Shown piece after piece: positions 1-9,656 of a DNA stretch of 64,000 nt. The notes under the pieces were generated by a model. It worked only from the letters and a program-made list of their open reading frames with translations, was not told the DNA's origin and searched no databases. Source of the stretch: Escherichia phage vB_EcoM_3A1_SA_NWU; sequence record OR062524; one strand, 5' to 3'. The first letter of the stretch is position 1. Each line of letters starts with the position of its first letter. The translations under genes and the position numbers were made by a program.

Positions 1-397
1 TGCATTTGTATTCGAAGATAGCATCCATACTCAACACTATAAAACCATGTGCCAAACCAGGTGGAAGCCAGAACTGTGTATGGTGTCGTGCACGAAGAAC
101 AACACCGTCCCAAGCACCGTAAGTAGGACTATCTTTACGTAGGTCTACAGCGAAATCCAATACTTCCCCACTTACACAACGAACAAGCTTACCTTGCGGA
201 TTATTTGTTTGAAAGTGCATTCCTCGCAAAACACCGAAGTTTGATTTAGACATGTTATCTTGAACGAAAGTTTGTCTACCAATGATATCTTCGTATTTTT
301 GTTCATTATATGTTTCTAAAAAGAAACCACGGTCATCTTTATAAACGTCTGGTTTGATAATTACCGCACCTTCAATTTTTGTTTTTTCTACTTTCAT
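1..397 (-). CDS. rmlC: dTDP-4-dehydrorhamnose 3,5-epimerase (RmlC-like); C-terminus cut by window edge
   Basis: Own reverse-strand translation from ATG at 397..395: [32 protein letters not shown]...GMHFQ...[33 protein letters not shown]...[10 protein letters not shown] (cupin RmlC signature). ATG overlaps rmlA stop (ATGA). Confidence 0.75.
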   Translation of the reverse strand, partial: MKVEKTKIEGAVIIKPDVYKDDRGFFLETYNEQKYEDIIGRQTFVQDNMSKSNFGVLRGMHFQTNNPQGKLVRCVSGEVLDFAVDLRKDSPTYGAWDGVVLRARHHTQFWLPPGLAHGFIVLSMDAIFEYKC

Positions 398-1272
398 TTT
401 CCCTCCGCTAATTTGAGTAGGTATTGCCCGTACTCTGTTTTCTTCAGTGAGTTTCCATGGTAGACCAAAGTCTCTAAAGAAATCCACCCTTTTTTGAAAG
501 CAATTTCTTCCAGGCACGCAATCTTCAATCCTTGACAGTTCTCAATAGTCTGCACGAATTGACCAGCTTCCATCAGACTGGCGTGTGTTCCTGTGTCAAG
601 CCAAGTAAATCCTCGTCCGAGAACTTCTACTTGTAACTTCCTGTCTTCGAGGTAGCTGCGATTGATATCGGTGATCTCCAGTTCTCCACGCGCGGAAGGG
701 GTTACTTCTAATGCACGTTGAATAACAGAGTTATCATAGAAATACAAACCTGTGACAGCATAATCTGATTTAGGATTTTCAGGTTTCTCTTCAATAGAAA
801 TAACTTGACGATTACTCCCAAATTCAACCACACCGAATCGTTCAGGATCTTTCACCAAACACCCGAAGATACAAGCTCCGCCCCAAACATCTACCATCTC
901 ACTAGCGTTAATCAGTAGTTTACCAAAGCTTTGTCCGAAGAATAGGTTGTCACCTAAAATAAGAGCAACAGAGTCTTCTCCGATAAAATCTTTACCGATG
1001 ATGAAAGCGTCCGCAAGACCTCGTGGCTCGGATTGGATTGCGTAAGTGAGTTTTATCCCAAACATAGACCCATCTCCAAGAAGATGCTCAAAGTCTTCCT
1101 GATCGCCTGGTGTGGTGATGATTAAGATATCCTTAATGTCAGCCAACATCAATACCGATAAGGGGTAGTAGATCATGGGTTTGTCATACACAGGGAGCAA
1201 TTGCTTGCTCACACTGCGTGTTACCGGATGAAGGCGGGTTCCACTTCCTCCCGCCAAAATAATACCTTTCAT
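394..1272 (-). CDS. rmlA: glucose-1-phosphate thymidylyltransferase (RmlA)
   Basis: 292 aa; N-terminal [18 protein letters not shown]...[18 protein letters not shown] is the classic RmlA nucleotidyltransferase signature. Confidence 0.9.
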   Translation of the reverse strand: MKGIILAGGSGTRLHPVTRSVSKQLLPVYDKPMIYYPLSVLMLADIKDILIITTPGDQEDFEHLLGDGSMFGIKLTYAIQSEPRGLADAFIIGKDFIGEDSVALILGDNLFFGQSFGKLLINASEMVDVWGGACIFGCLVKDPERFGVVEFGSNRQVISIEEKPENPKSDYAVTGLYFYDNSVIQRALEVTPSARGELEITDINRSYLEDRKLQVEVLGRGFTWLDTGTHASLMEAGQFVQTIENCQGLKIACLEEIAFKKGWISLETLVYHGNSLKKTEYGQYLLKLAEGK

Positions 1273-1280
1273 AACCCTCC

Positions 1281-2273
1281 TTAAATCTTCTTACTCCACC
1301 ATTGAGGGTTGTTTAAGTACCATTCAATCGTTGAGTAGAGATCTTGTTCAAATGTAGAGTTTGCACTCCAACCCAGTTCAGACTCTATTTTAGAAGGATT
1401 GATTTCATAACGCAAGTCATGTCCTTTACGATCTTCAACAAAAGTTATCAAGTTGGAAGAAGGGTAGGTTCCTGCTTCTGGATGTACAGCATCCATGTAG
1501 TCACAAACCATATAGATGATCTCCATATTGGTTTTGGGATTACGTGTTCCAACATTATACGTTTGACCTGGTTCTCCACCTGTTGCCACTTGAAGAATAG
1601 CTCGCGCATGATCCTCAACAAAAAGCCAGTCTCGCACCTGATCGCCTTTACCATACACCGGAATCTCTTTATTCGTCAAGATACTTGTGATGATTTTTGG
1701 GATCAGCTTTTCTGGATGTTGATAAGGTCCAAAGTTATTGGAGCAGTTGGTTATCACAACAGGTAAACCGTAGGTACGGTACCAAGCTTTCACAAGATGG
1801 TCAGATGCTGCCTTAGACGCACTGTACGGGCTTGAAGGGGCATAAGCTGTCTCTTCGGTAAAGGGAACGCCAGAGTCTGCCATATCGCCGTACACTTCGT
1901 CTGTGGAGACATGTACGAACATCTTAAGTTTATTTTTTGGGAGGAGCCTTGCAGCTTCCAATAAATTGTATGTACCAATAATATTGGAGTCGATGAAAAC
2001 TCGTGGATTCTTGATAGAATTATCCACATGACTCTCTGCCGCTAAGTGAATGATGAAATCGGGATTGCACTCTACTACTAAACTTTTGACCTGGGTTTCG
2101 TTTGCCAAATCTGTTATGCTTAGTTTAACGTGAGTGATATCGCCTACATTCTCAATATCTGCTGCATAGCCCATCTTATCAACGACAAAAACTTCGTTAT
2201 TGGGATCTTGACAAAGAGAGCGCACCACGGCACTCCCAATAAAACCAAGACCACCTGTTACCAGATAGCGCAT
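1281..2273 (-). CDS. rmlB: dTDP-glucose 4,6-dehydratase (RmlB)
   Basis: 330 aa; Rossmann GGLGFIGS, catalytic YSASK motif, short-chain dehydratase length. Confidence 0.9.
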   Translation of the reverse strand: MRYLVTGGLGFIGSAVVRSLCQDPNNEVFVVDKMGYAADIENVGDITHVKLSITDLANETQVKSLVVECNPDFIIHLAAESHVDNSIKNPRVFIDSNIIGTYNLLEAARLLPKNKLKMFVHVSTDEVYGDMADSGVPFTEETAYAPSSPYSASKAASDHLVKAWYRTYGLPVVITNCSNNFGPYQHPEKLIPKIITSILTNKEIPVYGKGDQVRDWLFVEDHARAILQVATGGEPGQTYNVGTRNPKTNMEIIYMVCDYMDAVHPEAGTYPSSNLITFVEDRKGHDLRYEINPSKIESELGWSANSTFEQDLYSTIEWYLNNPQWWSKKI

Positions 2274-2282
2274 CAGTTCTCC

Positions 2283-2609
2283 TTACCAGACATGTTGAGA
2301 AATAATAGTTTCCGTTTTAATGTTATATTTTTCAAGTAGCTTTGCATAGGCTTCTTTTGCATTCTCATTCAATTGCTCAAGATCTACAGCTATGCTTCCT
2401 TCTCCGCCTTCTAAATCAAGGCCATATATGCAATAAGACTCATCCGCATCGTAGAAAGGAGAGATGCGGCTTAAGTCAAGACCTTCTTGTAAGAACCAGT
2501 TAAAATCTCCGTCAAATTCTTCTTCAATTCTAGGATCTTCTCCTACAGCCTCTTCCCACTTATTAAAAGGTGCACCCTGTAACATACGCCATTCGATATC
2601 AATACCCAT
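2283..2609 (-). CDS. hypothetical protein (108 aa)
   Basis: ORF track; same strand as neighbours, tight spacing. Confidence 0.5.
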   Translation of the reverse strand: MGIDIEWRMLQGAPFNKWEEAVGEDPRIEEEFDGDFNWFLQEGLDLSRISPFYDADESYCIYGLDLEGGEGSIAVDLEQLNENAKEAYAKLLEKYNIKTETIISQHVW

Positions 2610-2763
2610 TTTTCATCTCCTCCTCTTCTTGCGCAGCTTTAATAATTGCTTCATAAATATCGTAAGCAATGCCTCCACAACATCTAGCTTCGAAAGCTAT
2701 TGCTTCTGCAATGTGATCTGTTAATTCTCGTGGAATGCGAACATACTCTTTTTCACTCTCCAT
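2599..2763 (-). CDS. small hypothetical protein (54 aa, below ORF-track cutoff)
   Basis: Own translation MESEKEYVRIPRELTDHIAEAIAFEARCCGGIAYDIYEAIIKAAQEEEEMKNGY; start overlaps stop of upstream small ORF. Confidence 0.3.
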   Translation of the reverse strand: MESEKEYVRIPRELTDHIAEAIAFEARCCGGIAYDIYEAIIKAAQEEEEMKNGY

Positions 2764-2905
2764 CTTCTACCTCCAACCCTTCTTTTTCAAAGACTACTAC
2801 TCGTCCCTCACCATGACAATTCAGGCAAGGAAATGTTACCATAATTTCCACTTCCATCTGTCCCGTCCCACCGCACACAGGACAAAAAATAAGTTTTTCA
2901 GCCAC
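2753..2905 (-). CDS. small zinc-ribbon protein (50 aa), GTG start
   Basis: Own translation VAEKLIFCPVCGGTGQMEVEIMVTFPCLNCHGEGRVVVFEKEGLEVEDGE; two CxxC pairs; AAGGAGG just upstream; TAGTG stop/start overlap with upstream gene. Confidence 0.35.
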   Translation of the reverse strand: MAEKLIFCPVCGGTGQMEVEIMVTFPCLNCHGEGRVVVFEKEGLEVEDGE

Positions 2906-3114
2906 TATTCCTCCTTAATTATTTCAAATTTGGCAACACCATTTACAATAATATGACCACAAGACATAACTCCTAGCCAAGGATCGCCGTTTTTCTTCAG
3001 GCGTTTACCGAATACATCACAAAAACCATTCTTCATTTCAGAGGCTTCATAAGAAGCCCCTTTATCAAAAACGTCTTTGAATGTGTCGATTATACCAACA
3101 CATTTCAAAATCAT
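2905..3114 (-). CDS. hypothetical protein (69 aa)
   Basis: ORF track; overlaps nrdB stop by 4 nt. Confidence 0.45.
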   Translation of the reverse strand: MILKCVGIIDTFKDVFDKGASYEASEMKNGFCDVFGKRLKKNGDPWLGVMSCGHIIVNGVAKFEIIKEE

Positions 3115-4199
3115 TCGAAGTCAAGCTCCTCATCATCAGAGAGATCTTTGTTAGCTGAATTCAATTTGTAGTTAGTTAACTGAATCTCTTGGGCTGCTGA
3201 CTGAATCAAATCAGGATTCAACCATTTTTCCATCCAAGCTAAAGGGCTATGTTTAGGTGCTTTAAACTTGGCTTTCATTTTCAATCGACGATAAATAGGA
3301 GCAGCATTGAAATAAACCCACTGTTTAGACAATTCGGCGTTAAGACCTACAATAAAACGACCTTCACTAAACAGGTAGTCACACCACTGTTCCTCTTGTT
3401 CAACAACAGTGTCGAGGATCAAAGTCAACTCTTCAATATTGTCTTCGTAAATTTTACGCCAAATTGGGTCATGCATCAATGCATCAATTACAGCATAATC
3501 CATCTTAACATGCAAGATTTCATCTAGCATAATTTTCTGGATCAGTTTACAAGCCCCAACAAACAGTTGTTGTTCTGCCATAGCAAAAGTAGCAGAGAAG
3601 GAAGATATAAACTGAATACCTTCTAATCCAATCAGGGCTACCATCCCTTTAAGAATCAGCAGTCGAAGTTCATCGTTAGCTTCAATCAATCCTAGAGCAT
3701 ACTTATGACCAGCTTCTTCCAACTGACCCATGATATCAGCAATGATACCCATACGATTGAAAATTTTATCATTAATCATAATCTGATTGATGACTTCGAT
3801 TGGATCTGGAGTACATTGACGGATTATTTCAGAATACGTTAACGCATGGAGAACTTCCATTTCACTCTGCTTCATCATCATAGCACAGGCTTCATTGTTA
3901 CTCAAGAATGGAGAGAACAAAGTGATGATTGATTTTGCAAGAGAATCATTTTCCCATTGGAACGATAAGTTTTTAATCATAACATCATAATTGTTTTTAG
4001 AACAAGCTACGAAATCTTTACGTGTCTGATCCAGATTGACTTCATTCTCATCCCAATCTTGTGCTTTTTGAAGTTTGTAGAGTTTGTGCATCTCTGGATA
4101 AGTTACGTTAACAGAATCAAAAATCCCTAATTGTTCCCCTAAAAATACTGGATATTTTCCTGTTTTGTAAACTTCATTGTGTAAATTAATTGCTGCCAT
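3111..4199 (-). CDS. nrdB: ribonucleotide reductase class Ia small (beta) subunit
   Basis: 362 aa; ferritin-like R2 length and acidic C-terminal tail (DDEELDFE); immediately follows nrdA. Confidence 0.85.
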   Translation of the reverse strand: MAAINLHNEVYKTGKYPVFLGEQLGIFDSVNVTYPEMHKLYKLQKAQDWDENEVNLDQTRKDFVACSKNNYDVMIKNLSFQWENDSLAKSIITLFSPFLSNNEACAMMMKQSEMEVLHALTYSEIIRQCTPDPIEVINQIMINDKIFNRMGIIADIMGQLEEAGHKYALGLIEANDELRLLILKGMVALIGLEGIQFISSFSATFAMAEQQLFVGACKLIQKIMLDEILHVKMDYAVIDALMHDPIWRKIYEDNIEELTLILDTVVEQEEQWCDYLFSEGRFIVGLNAELSKQWVYFNAAPIYRRLKMKAKFKAPKHSPLAWMEKWLNPDLIQSAAQEIQLTNYKLNSANKDLSDDEELDFE

Positions 4200-4213
4200 T
4201 TAAAATTCTCCTC

Positions 4214-4235
4214 AATAAAAAGGGGCCGAAGCCCC
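4214..4235 (-). terminator. hairpin GGGGCUUCGGCCCC plus U5 between nrdA stop and nrdB RBS
   Basis: Plus-strand text aataaaaaggggccgaagcccc; on minus strand a GC stem with UUCG loop followed by TTTTT, then GAGGAG RBS and nrdB ATG. Confidence 0.55.
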
Positions 4236-4243
4236 TAGTTTCA

Positions 4244-6484
4244 TCACATCTTGCAAGCTTCACAACCACCATCAGAATCTTCTTGTGCTAAAGAATCTGC
4301 TGATTTTGTTCTACTATTAAGGTAATACAATGACTTGCCACCCAATCTAGCAAAATTCAGAATAAACTGCATCTCGGCTTTCACTGATAAACGTCCACCT
4401 ACCAATTTAGAATAATCTAGCCAAGAATCACAAGAAATTCCTTGGTCCGTAAACTTGGTAAAGATACCATACATTTCTGCAAGATCTTTAGCCGGAGTAT
4501 CCCAGGCGGATTGGTAGAACATTTTCAGTTTTTCGTAGTCTGGAACAATAAATAATACACTACCTTTCTGACTTTGTTTATACATAATAGTATCACGAAC
4601 AGGGTACAGAGAGTTAGTAGTATTGCTTACCAAACTGCTGGACTCATTAGGTGCAATAGCAGCCAAGACACTATTACGGATACCACCTTGTTCAATGATT
4701 TCAGCACGTAAACCTTCCCAGTCCATTTTAAGATCAAAGTTACCGACACTATCTACTGCTTTAGCATAGGTGTCAATTGGTAGCCAACCTTGAGGCCATT
4801 TGGTCTTATCGATCCATTCTGCATTACCTTTTTCCTTAGCCAGACGCAAAGAGGCTTTTGCCAACCAAAAGTAATGACGTTCTGCAAGTTCATGCATTAA
4901 TTTTTTAGCATAATCATCTGAATAATTTACAAAATTACTTGCCAAGTAATGTGCTAAGTTTGTAATGCCTACACCAATAGATCTACGTGCTTTAGCAGTT
5001 ATTTCGTTATGTTTAAATGGATAATCCATTGTTTCAATAACGTTGTCAATTGTCAATACAGTGTAGTATGCAACATCCTCATATTCTTCAGGTAATACAC
5101 GACCAGCAACAATAGAAGATAAGAAACATAAAGCCAATTCTTGATCTTCTGTATTTTCACCAGTAAAGAGATCCGGCATACTGTGGAAAGCTTTAGTTGG
5201 TAAGAAGATCTCTTGACACAGGTTTGATTGATACACCGTATCCAAGAAAGGTGTATGGTTGTTAACGTTGTCAGCAAAGAACATGTAAATACGTCCTGTT
5301 TCTGCACGTTGAACAATAATCTCTGTAAGAAGATCACGAGCCTTGACGAATTTTTTCTTAATGCGACGTCGGCTTACTTTGTCATAAACTGCATCAAACT
5401 CTTCTTCACTTTTATACAAAGCTTCATAAAGTTCAGGAGCATCATCACAACTAACTAACATCCAGTCTTCGTTTTTAGCTGCTCGACGCAAGAACGAACG
5501 GTTAACAACAATAGAATAATCCAGTTTGTCTACTCGTTTATCTATAGGTGTTGTTGGATTCTTCAGTCGAATCAGATCGTCGAAGTCTGGTTCAAGTATG
5601 GTAAAGGTAACTGTAGCACTACCTCCACGACTTGCTTGCTTTGAAGCTCCAACACTATCTTCCATCCATTTCAGATACGGAAGAAGACCACCATGAATAA
5701 TACGATTATTCTTAACACCTTGACCTGTGGCACGAGTTTGAAGATTAACACCAATACCTGCGTTATTCAACGTATACTCATGAGCTAAGTAATTAGCAAT
5801 GGCTAAAGACTCTGCCGTATCGTCTGCACGGAATAAACAACAAGACGCACTTCCTTTGATTGGAGTTCGTAGAGTTGTCAGATACGGCGATGGCAGATTA
5901 ATCTTAAGATCGCTAACATAAGTATAAAGTTTTTTAATATCTTCTATACGGCGTTCTTTTGGTTGGATCTCCATAACCTTCATTGCGATACCAATGAAAA
6001 GAAACTGTGGAGACTCATGCACCACATCGTTTACTGCATCTCGAATAAGATATTTATCTACCATCTGACGTAAAACAGAATAACCATAAGTTAGATTTTT
6101 ATTATGCTTTACAATCTTACCGATTTCTTTGATCTCTTCATCGGTATAATCCATTTTAGCCCAATGTCCACGTTCTACCATATCATGATAAAAGGTATTC
6201 AGTGAAGGGATACTGTGGTATCCCCCATGAGCCTGTTTGTAAATCATACCCAGAAGAAGTCTTCCTGCCATATCACTGTAAGCTTGTGTTTTCTTGTCAA
6301 TACACGCTGCAATCATTGCTTTATGCAGATCACGTGTAGACACACCGTCATAACACCGCTTCACAGCTTCTAATTCAATTTCAGACCAGTTTAGTTTACC
6401 TGCTGCAAATTCAGACCACTTACGAAGTTTTTCTGGATTAAACTCCTCTGTCTTACCATTAGATTTAGTTACAAAACGAATCAA
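4244..6484 (-). CDS. nrdA: ribonucleotide reductase class Ia large (alpha) subunit
   Basis: 746 aa; N-terminal ATP-cone-like region, C-terminal redox Cys pair (GGCEACKM). Confidence 0.9.
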   Translation of the reverse strand: MIRFVTKSNGKTEEFNPEKLRKWSEFAAGKLNWSEIELEAVKRCYDGVSTRDLHKAMIAACIDKKTQAYSDMAGRLLLGMIYKQAHGGYHSIPSLNTFYHDMVERGHWAKMDYTDEEIKEIGKIVKHNKNLTYGYSVLRQMVDKYLIRDAVNDVVHESPQFLFIGIAMKVMEIQPKERRIEDIKKLYTYVSDLKINLPSPYLTTLRTPIKGSASCCLFRADDTAESLAIANYLAHEYTLNNAGIGVNLQTRATGQGVKNNRIIHGGLLPYLKWMEDSVGASKQASRGGSATVTFTILEPDFDDLIRLKNPTTPIDKRVDKLDYSIVVNRSFLRRAAKNEDWMLVSCDDAPELYEALYKSEEEFDAVYDKVSRRRIKKKFVKARDLLTEIIVQRAETGRIYMFFADNVNNHTPFLDTVYQSNLCQEIFLPTKAFHSMPDLFTGENTEDQELALCFLSSIVAGRVLPEEYEDVAYYTVLTIDNVIETMDYPFKHNEITAKARRSIGVGITNLAHYLASNFVNYSDDYAKKLMHELAERHYFWLAKASLRLAKEKGNAEWIDKTKWPQGWLPIDTYAKAVDSVGNFDLKMDWEGLRAEIIEQGGIRNSVLAAIAPNESSSLVSNTTNSLYPVRDTIMYKQSQKGSVLFIVPDYEKLKMFYQSAWDTPAKDLAEMYGIFTKFTDQGISCDSWLDYSKLVGGRLSVKAEMQFILNFARLGGKSLYYLNSRTKSADSLAQEDSDGGCEACKM

Positions 6485-6500
6485 CTTCTCCTCCCTATTA

Positions 6501-6755
6501 TTAATGCATATTCAAAACATCTACATCATAACCGAACTTCATTTCATTAAAAAGTCCATTAGCATATAGAAAACCTTCAAAATGAGTTATGTCATCAAAC
6601 CCTTTTGCTTTTGCTCGACGGTCTGCTTCTTGTCTTTTAGGAGATAAACGTTTTGAAGTGTCTAGAATTACAGTTACATTACAACCAACAGTTTCATCAA
6701 AATAGACTTCGATTTCACAGCCTTCATATTTATTATCAGTCATTGTCCCTCTCAT
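6501..6755 (-). CDS. hypothetical protein (start more likely second ATG at 6743)
   Basis: ORF track; GAGGG RBS precedes the internal ATG. Confidence 0.45.
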   Translation of the reverse strand: MRGTMTDNKYEGCEIEVYFDETVGCNVTVILDTSKRLSPKRQEADRRAKAKGFDDITHFEGFLYANGLFNEMKFGYDVDVLNMH

Positions 6756-7195
6756 TGATTAGTATCATCTGCTTTCGCAGGATCATAAGAGTTACCGAAA
6801 TCATCCATCTTAATATGTGACGCACCCCAACCTGTAAATTCTTCATCACCAAAATGAAAAATATCATTTTCTTGATAGATTCGTTTAAAACCACAATTAG
6901 GTGAAACAGGGAAAGTGAAAAGCGTTGTATTTGCAAACACTACTCGCTTATCGTTATTGCTTCGGATATTCACATTACGCTCAACAGAATAGTGTGAATC
7001 TTCAGCCATACCCAGCATTACAAGCGACGCTCTAATAACAGCATTTTGTTTCTCGTGTGGGATATTGCCATTGTGTTTATTTGATTCTAGTTTCCAGATA
7101 GGGGTAGACATTACAGTAGACATGCTTACGGTAGCCCAAGTTGTAGTATTTACTAATGACATATTTTCTCCTTCATTTTGAATGGGAGGACTCAC
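6752..7195 (-). CDS. hypothetical protein (likely start ATG at 7162; track start is GTG)
   Basis: ORF track; GAAGGAG RBS 5 nt before internal ATG; promoter at 7217..7244 upstream. Confidence 0.5.
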   Translation of the reverse strand: MSPPIQNEGENMSLVNTTTWATVSMSTVMSTPIWKLESNKHNGNIPHEKQNAVIRASLVMLGMAEDSHYSVERNVNIRSNNDKRVVFANTTLFTFPVSPNCGFKRIYQENDIFHFGDEEFTGWGASHIKMDDFGNSYDPAKADDTNQ

Positions 7196-7216
7196 CTCCT
7201 CCCAGTATTGTGCTAT

Positions 7217-7244
7217 ATTATACTAAAACTAATACTAAAGTCAA
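7217..7244 (-). promoter_or_regulatory. sigma70-like promoter TTGACT-N16-TATAAT
   Basis: Reverse complement reads TTGACTttagtattagttttagTATAAT. Confidence 0.55.
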
Positions 7245-7260
7245 TAACTATTTAAACAGA

Positions 7261-8259
7261 TCACCATTTAGTATGATTTGTTAAAAGTTGACGATGTTGA
7301 ATCCAGCCTTTGAAATTGCCAGACCAAAACTTACCATTACGATCTACATGGGTAATACCTGGTTCCCAAGAGTTAAAATCCCAAGGAGCATTGATAAACA
7401 AATCTTCAAAACAGTTCTCTCCATATTGTTCGCATGTTTCTTGCATTGGAGTGGCTTGATGTTCAAACGGAGAAGCATGAACCTTGCGCCCAGTCAGCAA
7501 GCGACCATAGATATCTAAAGCTTTATCTTTAGTTGCATTTAAACGACGATAGCTAACCTGTGCACAACACGAAGCTGAAATAGCTTTGGCTTCTTCCAAA
7601 GTAAGCACAACGACTTCTCCAGATTCATTTTGAACGTAGTATCCACCAAAAACAAAATGATCGTCACCTTCTGTGCCAATAGTATCATAGAAATGGTCTA
7701 CATAAGGTGTGTGCCATTGCCCTGGTTTCAGCACTTCTGGTGTAGATCCTTCATACTCTTTGTGCATCTCTTTAGCCAAAGCTTCGATAGTAGGATCGGC
7801 TTCTTTGTCATCACGTAGCCACCAGAAATTTTCATATTCTGTTGCTGTCAGAACTGTTTTAATTCGTTGGAAAGGTTCCAGAAGACGGTTTGCAACTTGT
7901 TTGTGGTACCCTGCCAAAGAAAATTCTTCTGCAAAACGTGCTGCACTAAGCGCGGCAAGATCCCACCACTCTTGAGCAGTATAACCTGCATCAATAAGAG
8001 CGTCATGATCAACACCTTTATCCTGCATACCAGGTTGGTTAGCCCCAAAACGATAAGGACGAGCAGGTTGATTTCGCACCATTTCAATCAGTGTTTTAAC
8101 AGGTATAGCACGGCTAGAAGCAGCATTACGACTGAACAGGCGGTGAGTCATCAATTCTGAATGAATAATACGTGGATATTCTAGTTCAAAAGTTACAATC
8201 TCTTTTCCGTCTTCAGTGATGGAATGCGCAATAATACTAGCCGAAATCTGTTTTGTCAT
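7261..8259 (-). CDS. ThyX-like protein (flavin-dependent thymidylate synthase family, variant motif)
   Basis: 332 aa; THRLFSRNAASSR matches ThyX RHRxxSxxxxSxR spacing with R->T at first position; HASPFEH element. Confidence 0.5.
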   Translation of the reverse strand: MTKQISASIIAHSITEDGKEIVTFELEYPRIIHSELMTHRLFSRNAASSRAIPVKTLIEMVRNQPARPYRFGANQPGMQDKGVDHDALIDAGYTAQEWWDLAALSAARFAEEFSLAGYHKQVANRLLEPFQRIKTVLTATEYENFWWLRDDKEADPTIEALAKEMHKEYEGSTPEVLKPGQWHTPYVDHFYDTIGTEGDDHFVFGGYYVQNESGEVVVLTLEEAKAISASCCAQVSYRRLNATKDKALDIYGRLLTGRKVHASPFEHQATPMQETCEQYGENCFEDLFINAPWDFNSWEPGITHVDRNGKFWSGNFKGWIQHRQLLTNHTKW

Positions 8260-8268
8260 TTTTTCTCC

Positions 8269-8877
8269 TTAGTTTTTAAAATTGTTCAAAGTGTTAAAAA
8301 CATCCAAACATGTTAGCCACTGATCTTCTAAACCTGTGATCACAACATTTGGTTTTTTCTTTAGTTCTTCTAGATGGTTATCTTTATAAGGCGTATTAAA
8401 ATATATTTTAACCACTTCATCTGGAAAATATAGTAGGTTATCAGCCCTGTCATCTATTGCTATATCACAAGGCAATAAGTATTTTTCTTTCGTAGCAAAA
8501 AAGCCGTTGCCAGATCCTTTGCTAAAATCAATCGTATCTAATGTTCTTAAAACATGCTTATGTTTAGAACTTAAGTGACCACCTTTTGTCACACTCGCGA
8601 TCAAAAGATTGCTACCTTTCCTTGAAACATACTTTAAGAAATCTGGCATACCTGGAACAAAACCCATTGTATCGTAGAGATGAGGATTATCCAGAAATCC
8701 GTAAGGATCTATGTTGAACTCTTCCCTGAAACCAGGAAAATAGTTGGTAAGATCATAATCTGCATTTTTTGTGAATGTGTCGATTTTAACACCAAGGCCA
8801 CTAATCTTATTCAACCATTCTAACCAAGCAACATCTAACGGAGCCACAACTAAATCCCAATCACATACTATCTGCAT
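8269..8877 (-). CDS. HAD-superfamily hydrolase, putative 5'-deoxyribonucleotidase
   Basis: 202 aa; N-terminal VCDWDLVV resembles HAD motif I DxDxV. Confidence 0.45.
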   Translation of the reverse strand: MQIVCDWDLVVAPLDVAWLEWLNKISGLGVKIDTFTKNADYDLTNYFPGFREEFNIDPYGFLDNPHLYDTMGFVPGMPDFLKYVSRKGSNLLIASVTKGGHLSSKHKHVLRTLDTIDFSKGSGNGFFATKEKYLLPCDIAIDDRADNLLYFPDEVVKIYFNTPYKDNHLEELKKKPNVVITGLEDQWLTCLDVFNTLNNFKN

Positions 8878-8896
8878 AAAACCTCCTCTCTCTTTT

Positions 8897-8924
8897 AGTA
8901 TAGTTATCTTATACTAACTTTCAA
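8897..8924 (-). promoter_or_regulatory. sigma70-like promoter TTGAAA-N16-TATACT
   Basis: Reverse complement TTGAAAgttagtataagataacTATACT, followed by GAGAGGAGG RBS and the ATG of the 8269..8877 gene. Confidence 0.45.
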
Positions 8925-9489
8925 TTTCCTGCAATAGGATTTTGACTATTTGTTTACGGCGTTTTGCTACTGTGCTTTCAGGTTCTATTTTACGCTTCTT
9001 CAGCCATGCTTTATCTTTCTTAGCTCTACACAAAGCTATCGCTTCTTTTTCAGCTTTTGCTTCTTCAAAAGATATGCCTTGCTTGTCTGCATAAGCAAGA
9101 ATAGAGTTGCACAATTTACAAACCATTCGCAAATCTTCTTCTTTCACATAGATCAAACGGAAAACAAAAAGAGGAATATCATCAAAACATTGAAGTTGTT
9201 TTGCTGCGTGAATATGATCCACTTGGAAGTCTTTCATTCCTCCTCTATGTCCACATATTTCGCACTCACAATTCCAAACTTGTTTTGGTTTTCCAGTTTT
9301 CTTATCTAGTATTACATTGCCGTCTTTATCTACGCGATCAACTTTAAAACGCCTTGCATTGATAACCTTAATTTTATTAGGGTGTCTCATCCATGCTTTT
9401 CTAAAACATCCCCTAAGATAAGTATAAAATTCCGCTTGTGTTTTCCAGGGTGTTCCTTCACCCCACATTATTTTTGGTTCACCTGCCAA
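8914..9489 (-). CDS. HNH endonuclease-like protein (TTG start in track)
   Basis: 191 aa; CECEICGH...VDHIH...CKLCN fits a zinc-bound HNH core. Confidence 0.45.
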   Translation of the reverse strand: MAGEPKIMWGEGTPWKTQAEFYTYLRGCFRKAWMRHPNKIKVINARRFKVDRVDKDGNVILDKKTGKPKQVWNCECEICGHRGGMKDFQVDHIHAAKQLQCFDDIPLFVFRLIYVKEEDLRMVCKLCNSILAYADKQGISFEEAKAEKEAIALCRAKKDKAWLKKRKIEPESTVAKRRKQIVKILLQEIES

Positions 9490-9537
9490 TATTGCTCACC
9501 TTTTTAGCTGTATATTCCCCTGGTGGGATATTGTGTT

Positions 9538-9567
9538 TAAAAAACAAAAGGCGGTCTAACCCCGCCT
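9538..9567 (-). terminator. intrinsic terminator (hairpin AAGGCGG..CCGCCTT plus T-run)
   Basis: Reverse complement aaggcggggttagaccgccttttgtttttt between the 9657 and 9489 genes. Confidence 0.6.
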
Positions 9568-9656
9568 TGCACATTGTTTCTGGAATAGTCAAAGTTAGTA
9601 AAAGTTTATCACCTTTTCGGTTGAATATTTTATAAACTTCTCCTGCTCCATATTGT

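Noticed and set aside
1344-1766. Plus-strand ORF (140 aa) inside rmlB
   Set aside because: Antisense shadow ORF within a confidently identified minus-strand gene; low-complexity translation.
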